Source: Histomonas meleagridis 2922-C6/04-290x (lineage: Eukaryota; Protista; Parabasalia). Taken from it: a stretch of DNA of 64,000 nucleotides. The notes beneath the pieces are model-generated. The model had not been told where the DNA came from. It made no database searches and saw only the letters and a list, made by a program, of their open reading frames with translations. The DNA is taken from positions 62,001 to 126,000 of the forward strand of contig JAANOX010000002.1 of the NCBI GenBank assembly GCA_020184695.1, in the 5' to 3' direction. Below, in pieces: positions 32,532 through 43,209 of this stretch. Both the position numbers and the translations under genes were made by a program. The number at the start of each line of letters is the position of its first letter. Positions within the stretch are counted from its first letter, which is position 1.

Positions 32532-33581
32532 ATGAAAATATTTGTCACTGGTTGCCTCCACGGGAATTGGGACTTACTTTTTGACACAGTAAATGAAGTA
32601 ATTTCTCAAGGGACAAAAATAGATTTAATAATTGTAACAGGTGACGCAGAAACTCTAAGATCTGAAGAAGATTTAAAGTCTTTTGCTGCTCCTCCAAAAT
32701 ACCAAAAACTCGGCACATTTTATAAACTTTACAATGGCGAAAAGAAATTACCAGCGTTAACAATTGTTGTTGGTGGAAATCATGAATCATCTGATTTTCT
32801 CCATGTTCTTCCTTTTGGTGGTTGGTTAGCAGAAAACGTTTTTTACACTGGCCGTGCTAATTCGCTTCGACTTGGTGATCTAACAATCACTGCCATTAGT
32901 GGTCTTTATAAGCCAGAACAATATTTCCGTCCAGTTGATGAACAATACCCCATTCGTAGTGTATCTGATTTGCATACTGCTTATCACATCCGTGCATTTT
33001 CTGATTTCCAAATTCTTGGCTTATCATCGACCGATATTATGATATCTCATGAATGGCCATCCACGATTCCATCCAAATATGGCGGTGAATATCTACAGCG
33101 CCGTCGCCGAGATCTTATCAAATGTGATCAAGAAGGAAATTTCGGATTACCGAAAGGAATTGAAATGATAAACAAACTTAAGCCATCATCATGGTTTGCT
33201 GCACACCATCACATAACATTCCAAGCAAATATCGGCGATACATCTTTCCACGCAATCCCTAAGCCTACGAGGCCCGATTGGTATCTTATTGCAGATTTTG
33301 ATGGGGATCTGGGACCGTTAAAGTACAGAGGCGAATGGTTATCTATTTTGAAGGCAACAACAGAAGAAATGGCTAACCCAAAGGTGCTTGACGGAATAGA
33401 TTGGCAACAGAAATGGGAACAAATGAAACCGGAGCTCGAAAAAATAGAAGACACAGATGTGCGACCGTTTGAGCTGAACCCGTTTATGTACACAGCAGAC
33501 TTTTGCTCAACTTTTGGAGTGTATTGTCCAAATGAAGAAGTAAGAGATTTCATGGTAAAAAATAATATCCCGTTTCAGTAA
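32532..33581 (+). CDS. DBR1: RNA lariat debranching enzyme
   Basis: MKIFVTGCLHG, GDAETLR...PPKYQKLGTFYKLYNGEK, GGNHE, FGGWLAENVFY, SGLYK, YHIR, DIMISHEWP, WFAAHHH. Confidence 0.92.
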   Translation: MKIFVTGCLHGNWDLLFDTVNEVISQGTKIDLIIVTGDAETLRSEEDLKSFAAPPKYQKLGTFYKLYNGEKKLPALTIVVGGNHESSDFLHVLPFGGWLAENVFYTGRANSLRLGDLTITAISGLYKPEQYFRPVDEQYPIRSVSDLHTAYHIRAFSDFQILGLSSTDIMISHEWPSTIPSKYGGEYLQRRRRDLIKCDQEGNFGLPKGIEMINKLKPSSWFAAHHHITFQANIGDTSFHAIPKPTRPDWYLIADFDGDLGPLKYRGEWLSILKATTEEMANPKVLDGIDWQQKWEQMKPELEKIEDTDVRPFELNPFMYTADFCSTFGVYCPNEEVRDFMVKNNIPFQ

Positions 33582-33739
33582 TGGGATATAGAAAAAAATA
33601 TTTGTTTGGTTTTGCAAAATTAGTATCCAATAAAAGTGAAATAGATTCCATCATCTTCCAATCTCATTATATTATTACAATTTATAGAAAACATAATTCA
33701 CTTTATTTTTTCTATGTGTAAATGATATATATAAAAAAA

Positions 33740-34060
33740 AAATGGTGTGTTAACTTATTGTTACTTTCGAATTTCTTTTTTGTTCAAGAAGCAAATATAT
33801 TTTATTGTTTTATTTCTTTTTCCTACACAAGGAACCATTTTACAAAAAGTAAAAATTTGAGGCCTGGAAATGTACTTATTGTTGATTCTGTTTCAATCAT
33901 TTTATGTTGTGTATTAAATAATACTAATGTTGATATCACTTCCTTTCTTAAGAAGTTATCGAAATATTACTGCACTTCATATCGAGATTCCCAAATAAGT
34001 GCTTCATAAATAATTTACATGATTTCCAAATATATTGCAAAGAATCAAAATCAACTCGAA
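33740..34060 (-). pseudogene. Degenerate ankyrin cassettes with linker remnant
   Basis: The minus strand reads ATATTTGGAAATCATGTAAATTATTTAT-GAAGCACTTATTTGG (EALIWES...), and there is a further LLEQKR fragment near 33770-33790. Confidence 0.55.
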
Positions 34061-34551
34061 GAACAAATGTTTGCAAAAAACAAAATTCGGTATAATAATA
34101 CAAACATGAAAATCATCAAAATCACTATATACATTATACATTTTACCGATTAATAAATATAAGCATAAAGCAAAATTTAAAACCATAAATACCATCAATT
34201 TAGAAAGTGTACCACACAAAAATTGTTGAAAATAACATAACAAAGATGCTTGGATTATATTTTAATCATAGCATTTGATTTCATTGATTTTTATTTCTCC
34301 ATTTGTTCTGAAGGTATTTCTTCCTTATTAATAATTTCATCTGTTGCACCATCGTTTTTAAAACGAAATTGTTCATTTTCCATTTAAAAAAATTTACATT
34401 TTAACTTTATCTTCCTATTTTTATCTCTCTTGAAAGTTCCAATTCGAAATCTCTTTATTTTCTCAATGATTTTCTTTAAAAATTTTTTATTGTTTGCTTC
34501 AACTTTTATTTTCACAATTAATATCAAAATCATTTAAACAATTTTATTTAT

Positions 34552-36720
34552 CTAATATTCGATAGGTTCTATTCTTATTGGGTAATCAATATCAGCTACT
34601 GGTTCCTCCAATTCCACTTCTTTCACGGGCTTAAACTCCTCGTTTAGCTCTAGCACGCGCAAGTCTTCTTCCTTTCCGAACCATTTTCTATTTTTCGCGA
34701 CTTCCAGCACGTTCTCTATCGTGAAGTCGTCTGGCACAGTGTATTTCAATTTCTTCTCATCTCTAATTTGGATGAGTAAAGTTGTAGTGTTAATTAAGCA
34801 CGACTCATTTAATGATTGGAATATCCTTAATTTCAAATCTTTAATTTCGTTGTTTAACAAATCTTTCATTATCATATTATCATCTGCTTCTAATTGTTCG
34901 GTAGAATTCTTTTTATAGAATATAATCGAATCACGAAACATACAAAGATTAAAATAACAAAACTCAGAAAAAACAAATTTCTTAAACTCAATATATGTTG
35001 TCGTTTCTGGAAATGTAAAGTGTAATGTTCGTTGTTCATATGTAACATTAACATTTAAACTATTCTTCTTAAGATGAAAATATTCATTAATACTTTTTGG
35101 AAAGCGATATGGATAATTATCTAACATATCATAGGTGTTTTCAAATTTAGGTGGTAAAAAACTTTTTGGTGTCATATTATTAATTTGTTGGAATTCTTTA
35201 TCCGGGCCGTCACTTTTCACTTTTTCAGCGAATATTAATCCGCCACTGTTAACGATCTCCGTGATTTTAAGTTTTAAATTTTTAATTTCAATAAATTTAT
35301 TTTGTTTAATAATATAAAATTTATAATTTATATTAAAGTATTCATTTAATAAATTTCTAAAAATATCATTTTTTCTAATTGGCACCAAATATTTTAATTC
35401 TAATGGTGGATAACTTTCATTATTATAAGAAAAAATAAAAACCAAAAAATTATTTTCATTAATTTCATCCAAAATATTATCATTTAACACAATCAAAAAT
35501 GTTTTATCCACAAATTGGACAATATTTTTAGTATCCAAAGAGTCCGGTACTTTTGATATAATTTTATTATTAATAGTATCATAAATATATAAATTTATTT
35601 CATTAGTATCAACTTTATAATAATGTGAAGCTACTTCATAAATGTTATGAACATTTCCGTTCATTTTCACATTTAATTTTATTTTGTTTTCATCGAAGTT
35701 TATGTTCCCATATTGAGCTTCATGATTAATACTATCAAGTGTTATGAATGAGAATTGGAAATATTCATTGTTTTGTATTTGTTTATCAATGTAATAAATG
35801 TATTTGTTGTTATAATTTATGAATTTGTTTGGTATTGTTCCATCTTCAAATAACTTCTTAAGTTTAAGTGTTTTCGCATAAATTAATAAAACAATTCTTT
35901 GTAAGTTAATCTCCTTCTTGTGGATCTTCTTAATGATATTCGAATCAAATAAATGCCATTGTTTCTTGATGCTAAAATATAAAACATAATTGTCATCATC
36001 AATAATAGAAATAATACCAATTAATGTATAATCATCCCCTTTGTTATTGACTTTAAAGTATTCGCTGGTGTTAAAACTGGATGGAAATGATCCCGTAAAT
36101 GTTTCTTGATCATCATTTGAATGATACTGAAATCGTAAAATATCAGGTGAATTATATATCCTATATTTTTGGTCAACGTCCGGCTCTTCAGTTTTGATCT
36201 CGACAACATCACTGGCGTCGCTTGTTGGAGGATCAAATGGATTTAATGAATTTGTAATTGGTATTGAAAATGATAGATCTGGCTGATCTTCGGTTGGAGG
36301 CTTGAAGAGGACAGTTAGAAGAGATTCTAATTGACTATTTTGAACTAAAAGCTCATCAGGAAATAAATATTGATTAAATTCTTCAATTGGATGTTCTTCA
36401 GAATAGTCGCCTTTGGACCAGTGAAATGATTTTGTAAGATATTTGGTGGTATGTAAAACTTCGTTGTGAAATTCCATTAAAGTAAATAATTTTTGTAATT
36501 GTACAAAAGAATTCGATTCTTCTGATGTGGCTTCTGTATTAAATATGGTGTATCTAATCTTTTTTATTAGATAAAGTGAAAAAATTAAACAATTTAAACT
36601 TGTTGTTGCACCCCTTTTAGTTAAACCAGGATATGGTATACGCTTAGGGACCCTGATCGTATAATGAAAATCTTCATCATCGGTTTGTGTTTGTTGATCT
36701 TCTTCTTCTTCCTGAATCAT
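34552..36720 (-). CDS. USP7-like ubiquitin-specific protease homologue, probably catalytically inactive
   Basis: PYPGLTKRGATTSLNCLIFSLY aligns with the Cys box (GLKNQGATCYMN), and NYVLYF...WHLFDS aligns with the His/Asp box. Confidence 0.65.
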   Translation of the reverse strand: MIQEEEEDQQTQTDDEDFHYTIRVPKRIPYPGLTKRGATTSLNCLIFSLYLIKKIRYTIFNTEATSEESNSFVQLQKLFTLMEFHNEVLHTTKYLTKSFHWSKGDYSEEHPIEEFNQYLFPDELLVQNSQLESLLTVLFKPPTEDQPDLSFSIPITNSLNPFDPPTSDASDVVEIKTEEPDVDQKYRIYNSPDILRFQYHSNDDQETFTGSFPSSFNTSEYFKVNNKGDDYTLIGIISIIDDDNYVLYFSIKKQWHLFDSNIIKKIHKKEINLQRIVLLIYAKTLKLKKLFEDGTIPNKFINYNNKYIYYIDKQIQNNEYFQFSFITLDSINHEAQYGNINFDENKIKLNVKMNGNVHNIYEVASHYYKVDTNEINLYIYDTINNKIISKVPDSLDTKNIVQFVDKTFLIVLNDNILDEINENNFLVFIFSYNNESYPPLELKYLVPIRKNDIFRNLLNEYFNINYKFYIIKQNKFIEIKNLKLKITEIVNSGGLIFAEKVKSDGPDKEFQQINNMTPKSFLPPKFENTYDMLDNYPYRFPKSINEYFHLKKNSLNVNVTYEQRTLHFTFPETTTYIEFKKFVFSEFCYFNLCMFRDSIIFYKKNSTEQLEADDNMIMKDLLNNEIKDLKLRIFQSLNESCLINTTTLLIQIRDEKKLKYTVPDDFTIENVLEVAKNRKWFGKEEDLRVLELNEEFKPVKEVELEEPVADIDYPIRIEPIEY

Positions 36721-37113
36721 CCAAATGACAAAAATATATTTTCACAATTTCATAGGAAATTAAATAAAAATTATTTGACGAATCAGTTGAAAATTAATTA
36801 TACACAGCAAGGGTGGCCCCTAATAATAAAAAATACATTAATTTTTTGCACTTAATTTTTGTTGGAGTAATATGACATTGAATATATTCCCAACGGTTAA
36901 AAGTGGATAATTTTTAATGACCGATGGATAAATATTAATGTAATTTGGCAAAAAACGTTTAAAAAACGTTAAAAAGTAGACTATTTTTAGCATCCAATGG
37001 TCAATTTTTTGTGGCCGGCACTGTACAATATTTTTACATCCAAATTTTTGATAATAAAAAATGAACTTAATTCTGTTTTATTAAATTCTTATCAGAACTT
37101 AACTAATAAGTCT

Positions 37114-39659
37114 TTAAATAAAAACATTTTCTTTGAAATCTTTTGCAAATGGATCCTCTTCGATATTTGATATGTTGGAGAAATTACTTAGAGCGACTTC
37201 TTTACTCTCTTTTTCATGTTCTTCTACTATACTCTGTACGGTACTTCGTTTCTTACTACGAATTCGAACAAGTACAATAACAAGTATTACAATGATTATT
37301 ATTACCACAGCGCAAACGCATACAATTATTATGATAAGAGTGTTTTTATTTGGATCAACATTAATATCTGTATTTTGTTGTAAAATTGTGAAAAATCCTG
37401 AATAATATGAAAAATATGAAGTATATGCAATAACTGTATATTGGTAAAAAATAAATATAGTTTCAGTATATGAAGATTTACTTGGTGTAATTGTATGAGT
37501 ATAAAGAGATTCTGTTATAATTGTTTGTGTAATTGTATGTGTATAAATGATTGTTTGTACATATGTAGCGCCTGGTTGTAGTGAAGCAGTAAATACATTG
37601 GATCGTGTAAATGTCTTCGAATATATTGTATTTGATTGAGTATATGAGTTTGATTGTGTGTATGTGGATGTCATCCAAAGATATTGGTTACACTCACTAG
37701 TTGGTGTGCCTTTAGATACATTAAGAGTGCCAAATGTTGAGTTTTGGTACAGATTTGATGTCATGACATAGGAAGTTCCTATGTTATCAAAAGCACCATC
37801 AATCACAGAAATAGAATTATAACCTTTAAAATATATACATGTGAGAGATTCACATAATTGAAATGAATCCCTTCCAATTGTTTGTAAATTTTCTCCAAAA
37901 ATAACTGTTTCTAAACTTGAACAATAACTAAATGCGTAACTTTCAATCGAAGTTACCAAATCAGGAATATTGACATTTACTAAATTAGTACATTGGTAAA
38001 ATGAAAAAGATTCAATAGATATTGTATTTTCAGAAATTTTAACATTTTTAATGAACTGCAATAATAAAATGCATATTCTCCAATATTTGTAACTGAATTT
38101 GGCATATCAAATGTTTCATTAGAAATTCCCAATGGATAACAAATAATTGATGAATAAGTTTTGTCATAAAGAATTCCATTACTTTCAGAATAATAATTGT
38201 TTTCTTCAGACACTATGAAAAATTGAAGATTTGAACATTGCGTAAATGCACTTGGATCAATTGAACTAACAGATTTTGAAATTGTAATATTTTTTAATGA
38301 TTCACATAATTGAAATGAATCCCTTCCAATTGTTTGTAAATTTTCTCCAAAAATAACTGTTTCTAAACTTGAACAATAACTAAATGCGTAACTTTCAATC
38401 GAAGTTACCAAATCAGGAATATTGACATTTACTAAATTAGTACATTGGTAAAATGAAAAAGATTCAATAGATATTGTATTTTCAGAAATTTTAACATTTT
38501 TTAATGAACTGCAATAATAAAATGCATATTCTCCAATATTTGTAACTGAATTTGGCATATCAAATGTTTCATTAGAAATTCCCAATGGATAACAAATAAT
38601 TGATGAATAAGTTTTGTCATAAAGAATTCCATTACTTTCAGAATAATAATTGTTTTCTTCAGACACTATGAAAAATTGAAGATTTGAACATTGCGTAAAT
38701 GCACTTGGATCAATTGAACTAACAGATTTTGAAATTGTAATATTTTTTAATGATTCACATAATTGAAATGAATCCCTTCCAATTGTTTGTAAATTTTCTC
38801 CAAAAATAACTGTTTCTAAACTTGAACAATAACTAAATGCGTAACTTTCAATCGAAGTTACCAAATCAGGAATATTGACATTTACTAAATTAGTACATTG
38901 GTAAAATGAAAAAGATTCAATAGATGTTACTGAGTTACCGATTTCTACTGTTAACAGCTTCCATTGTTTAAAAGCATTCTCTATGATTTCTTTTACACTA
39001 TCACCAATTATAACATGTATCTCCTGTTCTTTATATAATTCTATATTATTGAATTCAGTAGAATCAGATATGGTCAGAGTTTGTGTTGTTTCATCAAATG
39101 CTTCAAATGAATACGCGAAAAATAACTTAAATAAAAGAGGAGTAATAACAATTTGTTTTTTAGAAATAAGTTGAAAAATTGAATTAGATGAACAATGTCT
39201 TATTAGATAGAAAAACAAAACAGATATAAAAATATGTAAAATTGCTAATGAAATATTTTTGGTATCGAAAAAAAAGCTTTCATTAATATGATATTGTTGA
39301 CATAAATCATTTAAAGAAAATTTTGAATCATAAGTAGAACTTATATTATTCTCTGACAAAGAAATAGAGCGTCTTGAAAATGTGTAATATTGATAATCAT
39401 GTTGTTTGGCAAAGAAGTGATTCATATCATAAGATGAATCACAGCTAAAGCAATTGAAATTAGAAAATGTTAAACACTTTATTCCACCTGGAATTTGCAT
39501 CTGATATATATATGTTTTGATTTGTGAATAATTGGTATCAGATTTGAATATACTTCTTCGATAAAAAGAATTCTTTTCTAATATTGGCTCATGAGTACAA
39601 TCTGCCATATTATGTAATTGATTTATGCATATTATAAGTAACATATATCTAAGATGCAT
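37114..39659 (-). CDS. BspA-like LRR surface protein with TM helix and DPF-containing acidic tail; 1-nt frameshift near 38045
   Basis: Overlapping ORFs 37980-39659 and 37114-38061 join if the A5 run equals the A6 run of the upstream repeat. TpLRR repeats, T/S stalk, TM helix and EEDPFAKDFKENVFI tail. Confidence 0.85.
37845..38925 (-). repeat. 453-nt (151-aa) near-identical tandem duplication within the BspA gene, about 2.4 copies
   Basis: gattcaatagat occurs at 38914, 38461 and 38009 (spacings 453 and 452). Confidence 0.9.
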
Positions 39660-39994
39660 GGCTTTCCGGGCAATTTTTGTACGAAAATAACGGTTTTATT
39701 TTGTGGGAACGTTGTTGTAGTGCTTTTTAAAAGTGTGTTTGGTCATGATATATTCAAAAAGTGGTGGTTAGTGTTAAGTGCGAGGTTAAACTGTAAAAAC
39801 TGGACAATTTTGTAAGAGCCGATAATTTTTTTTATTTCAAATTTTCTATACATCACTTGATCTTTTACTGTAAAAATTGGAATGATAATTTTTTAATTAG
39901 TGGAATTATTTAACATAAAAAACATACACAAATAAGTTACCAGTAATAACTGTAATAGCAGCAAACATTTTTTTTCTTTATTCAAATCTATATA

Positions 39995-41302
39995 TTAAAT
40001 TTGTGTACTATTTCTATTTCTTCTTGTTGTCGTTGGTCTGTTTCTTCTTCTCGAAGGCATTGGGAACAAACCCAAAAACCCGAACGCCACATACAAAATC
40101 ACACCCAACACACATCCCACAATTGTCAAAGGCACAGCTAAAGTTGATAAAAATCTTTCTGCTTGTGAACCGAATAATTCGTCGATCGTATTTTTCTTTT
40201 GTACTTTTTGTATTTCTTTGTTATTTTTATATCCCATTTCTTTCGGCAAATAAAACATTACATATGTCATACAACTTGTTGCCCAAAATATGTTATCTTT
40301 CTCGATGACGCGCGACTCATTTATTTCTTGATTCTTGCCGCCCGTGAAACAACAATTACTTATCGATATCCGATTCGCGCTATTGTCCATATGAATCGTA
40401 TAAAAATTTGTGTTTTCGCGTCGGAAAATAGAACAATACGAAATGGAACAGTTCTTTTGGGGATTATCAGCATGCAGAGACACGCCAATGTCATTTACTT
40501 TCATTTGCGATGCCAAAAGAACAAAAACAGAAAATTTAATAGTGAAAAAACAGTCTGTGAAATGAAGACCACCGCATCCGTTGTTCGAAAAACATTGATC
40601 TACAACTGTGTAACGAATATTAATGTTGCCTGTGGCAATGTCAGCGCATCCGTCTTTGTTTAAGGCGACACTTCCTGAGATATTGTTGTATAAGATGGAA
40701 ACATCATCATTTGTATGAAGTGCCATACAGCCACCTTTGCCATGTGGTTCAATGCCTATAACACTGCACATGAAAATGGTGGTGTATAACATGGAAAAGC
40801 GATTTGAGTTCTTGGAATATATGCCGCCGCCATAATTAACTGAAAGACAATAAATAAATGTACATGACTCAATGTCAGCATCAGAAAGACAGTAAACAGC
40901 TCCGCCTGTAGTAGAATGACATTTATCGAAATAACAATGTCGTAAAATTATTTTGGTAATACAATAAATGGCACCGCCTTCACCAAAGGTACATTTGCAG
41001 TTGATGAATTCGGAATTGTAACAACAAAGAATTTTGTCAAACACAGAAATGTGTTCATTTGATATTTTGGTCGAATCAACCATCATGGAATCAATATGGA
41101 TGGCAGAATCTAGAAATGAACTAAATAAAGATTTCTCAACATTCAGCTTTTGAGGAATTGAGGAATAAAAAAATGGTTTCATGAAATTTGATAATTGGGA
41201 TGAACTGATTTTGAACTGACTGTGTTGAAGTGCATTAGAAGATGATATGAAAGGAGAATTATATAGACCTCTTAAATAAAGGGATAAAATCGTGATATTC
41301 AT
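39995..41302 (-). CDS. Pmp-like right-handed beta-helix membrane protein
   Basis: GGAIY, GGAVY, GGGIY and GGCM repeats separated by FxxC motifs, a C-terminal TM helix and a basic tail. Confidence 0.7.
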   Translation of the reverse strand: MNITILSLYLRGLYNSPFISSSNALQHSQFKISSSQLSNFMKPFFYSSIPQKLNVEKSLFSSFLDSAIHIDSMMVDSTKISNEHISVFDKILCCYNSEFINCKCTFGEGGAIYCITKIILRHCYFDKCHSTTGGAVYCLSDADIESCTFIYCLSVNYGGGIYSKNSNRFSMLYTTIFMCSVIGIEPHGKGGCMALHTNDDVSILYNNISGSVALNKDGCADIATGNINIRYTVVDQCFSNNGCGGLHFTDCFFTIKFSVFVLLASQMKVNDIGVSLHADNPQKNCSISYCSIFRRENTNFYTIHMDNSANRISISNCCFTGGKNQEINESRVIEKDNIFWATSCMTYVMFYLPKEMGYKNNKEIQKVQKKNTIDELFGSQAERFLSTLAVPLTIVGCVLGVILYVAFGFLGLFPMPSRRRNRPTTTRRNRNSTQI

Positions 41303-41529
41303 GAGGATGGATCAATAACGGTCTCAAATTGAATCTGATTTTTTTCTGAACTTTATACATCGTAATTAAATAGGAAAAGATCGTCCAAAACTTTCTGTCT
41401 AAAATTGATGTTTTTGTTCAATTTGATCTTTTTTAATAAGACTTTTTAATTAACATGATATACATGTTTTAATATTTACTTTATTTGCAGAGTATAGCTC
41501 GATAAAAAAGACCACTTCCTTTCCATAAA

Positions 41530-41690
41530 AAACTTCACGTATTTATTAGAAAAAGGCGCTAATGTAATAAATGCAGGTAAATATTCAGTTGCAGGTGGAA
41601 ATAAAAAATTATTCAACTTCGCGTACAAAACCATTCATCTATGAAAGGGTCATATGAATCTGCAATTAAATTTATAGTTCATAAATGGAA
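41530..41690 (+). pseudogene. DUF3447 fragment
   Basis: GANVINAGKYSVAGGNKK...NHSSMKGSYESAIKF resembles GANVKNTGKYAIAGGNLEII...NHSSFEGAYETAIRF at 51 kb. Confidence 0.65.
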
Positions 41691-42340
41691 TTTTAATAAA
41701 TCATATAAGAAAATATGTCAAAAAAACAATTGTAATATTCTCTTCTTCTTTCTTATTTCAACAAAAATAATTTGGATTTTTCTTTATATACATTAAAATA
41801 TATTACAGTCTAAACTAAAAATAAAGCATAAAACATCATTATTGTTTTCATCATTATAAATTTATATTTTTTATTATTTTTGATTTCATTACATGAAAAA
41901 ATTATAAAACATCATACATAAATTATATTTTCATTTAATTACATATTTCTGATAAATTTTTCTTCTGCAAAAGGATATTCTTCAACATATGAAATATACA
42001 TTTCTTTTATGTTTATTGTTTCATTTTAATTAATTTCTTCTTTTTTACGTGGAATATGTTTTCATAATATATAATAAGTAATGTAATCATAATGGCAATA
42101 ATCGTTATTTTATTATCAGTAAAAAACATTGTGAAATAACCTAAACCTCCAAATTTCATGCTTTTATAGCTTTACTTCAAGAACATCATCTCGAAAAAAA
42201 GAGTTCACAATATTTTTCAACAAACAGTTTAAGTTAACAATAAAAATCATTTGTTTTTAGTTAATCATTAATAAATAAAAAGAAATTCAAAAATAGCATT
42301 ACAAATAAAAACAACAAAATGATTTATTATACTTCTATTT

Positions 42341-43105
42341 TTAATTTTCTTTCTTTTTGTAACAATGTTTTAATATTTCACTTATTTTTGTACACAGCAC
42401 ATTATTAATTCTCTTATAAATCTTTTCTGCGTTTTCTTCAATCATTTCGCCAATGTTAACAATGTGATCATTACTTGTTTTTGCAGATTTCTTTTTGTTG
42501 TATTTCTCATGAACACAACCTGATACTGATAATGAATTCGAATAATGTGTTTCTGTATTAATTGTTATTAGTGAAGAAGAAGTTGCATCATAATGAAATA
42601 AATCATTTTTTTCTTTGGTCACATTAATGATATCACTACTATCTATTGTGCCATTGAACTCTACAGAATCTTTTAAAAGAGTATTCGATTCATTATGAAT
42701 AAAAATTCCAAATCCAAATGAATCATTTGAATCATCAATATTCCAACAATAGACTGAACATATACCATTGCCATAATATTTTTTCATATACGTCTGGAAT
42801 ACTGAATTAGCTTTAATTTCCATTTCACGTAAGTTTCCTGTTGGGAAAAAATCACTGTTAATTAATGGAAAATAACAATTTGAATAAGGTGATCGATATG
42901 AATCGCAATCGCGATTGAAGTCACACTTTATAAATTGTTTATGACAGATATTATCATATTCAAATGAAAATGGAACGTCGACAATTGAAAGAATCTCTGT
43001 AGAAATATCATTATTCATAGATAAGATGTTGTACATCCTTTCTTGAATTTTATCTATCGGAACATGATTAAGCAAATCAATTGCTGCATTTATTTTTTCA
43101 TTCAT
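42341..43105 (-). CDS. CAPZB: F-actin capping protein beta subunit
   Basis: AAIDLL, LSIVDVP, FIKCDFNRDCDSYRSPYSNCYFP, LREMEIKANSVFQTY...YYGNGICSVYCW, HIVNIGEMIE. Confidence 0.9.
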   Translation of the reverse strand: MNEKINAAIDLLNHVPIDKIQERMYNILSMNNDISTEILSIVDVPFSFEYDNICHKQFIKCDFNRDCDSYRSPYSNCYFPLINSDFFPTGNLREMEIKANSVFQTYMKKYYGNGICSVYCWNIDDSNDSFGFGIFIHNESNTLLKDSVEFNGTIDSSDIINVTKEKNDLFHYDATSSSLITINTETHYSNSLSVSGCVHEKYNKKKSAKTSNDHIVNIGEMIEENAEKIYKRINNVLCTKISEILKHCYKKKEN

Positions 43106-43209
43106 CTATCATAAAAGTGACAGGGAAATAAAGTTTACAAAGCGTTTTATATTTGAATATTTTTATGAATTGACAACAAAATTTCAAAGAAAACCCTTTG
43201 ACTTCTCAG

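Noticed and set aside
32532-33581. Functional link between DBR1 and the interrupted ankyrin arrays
   Set aside because: DBR1 is a universal housekeeping gene about 15 kb away, and proximity alone gives no support.
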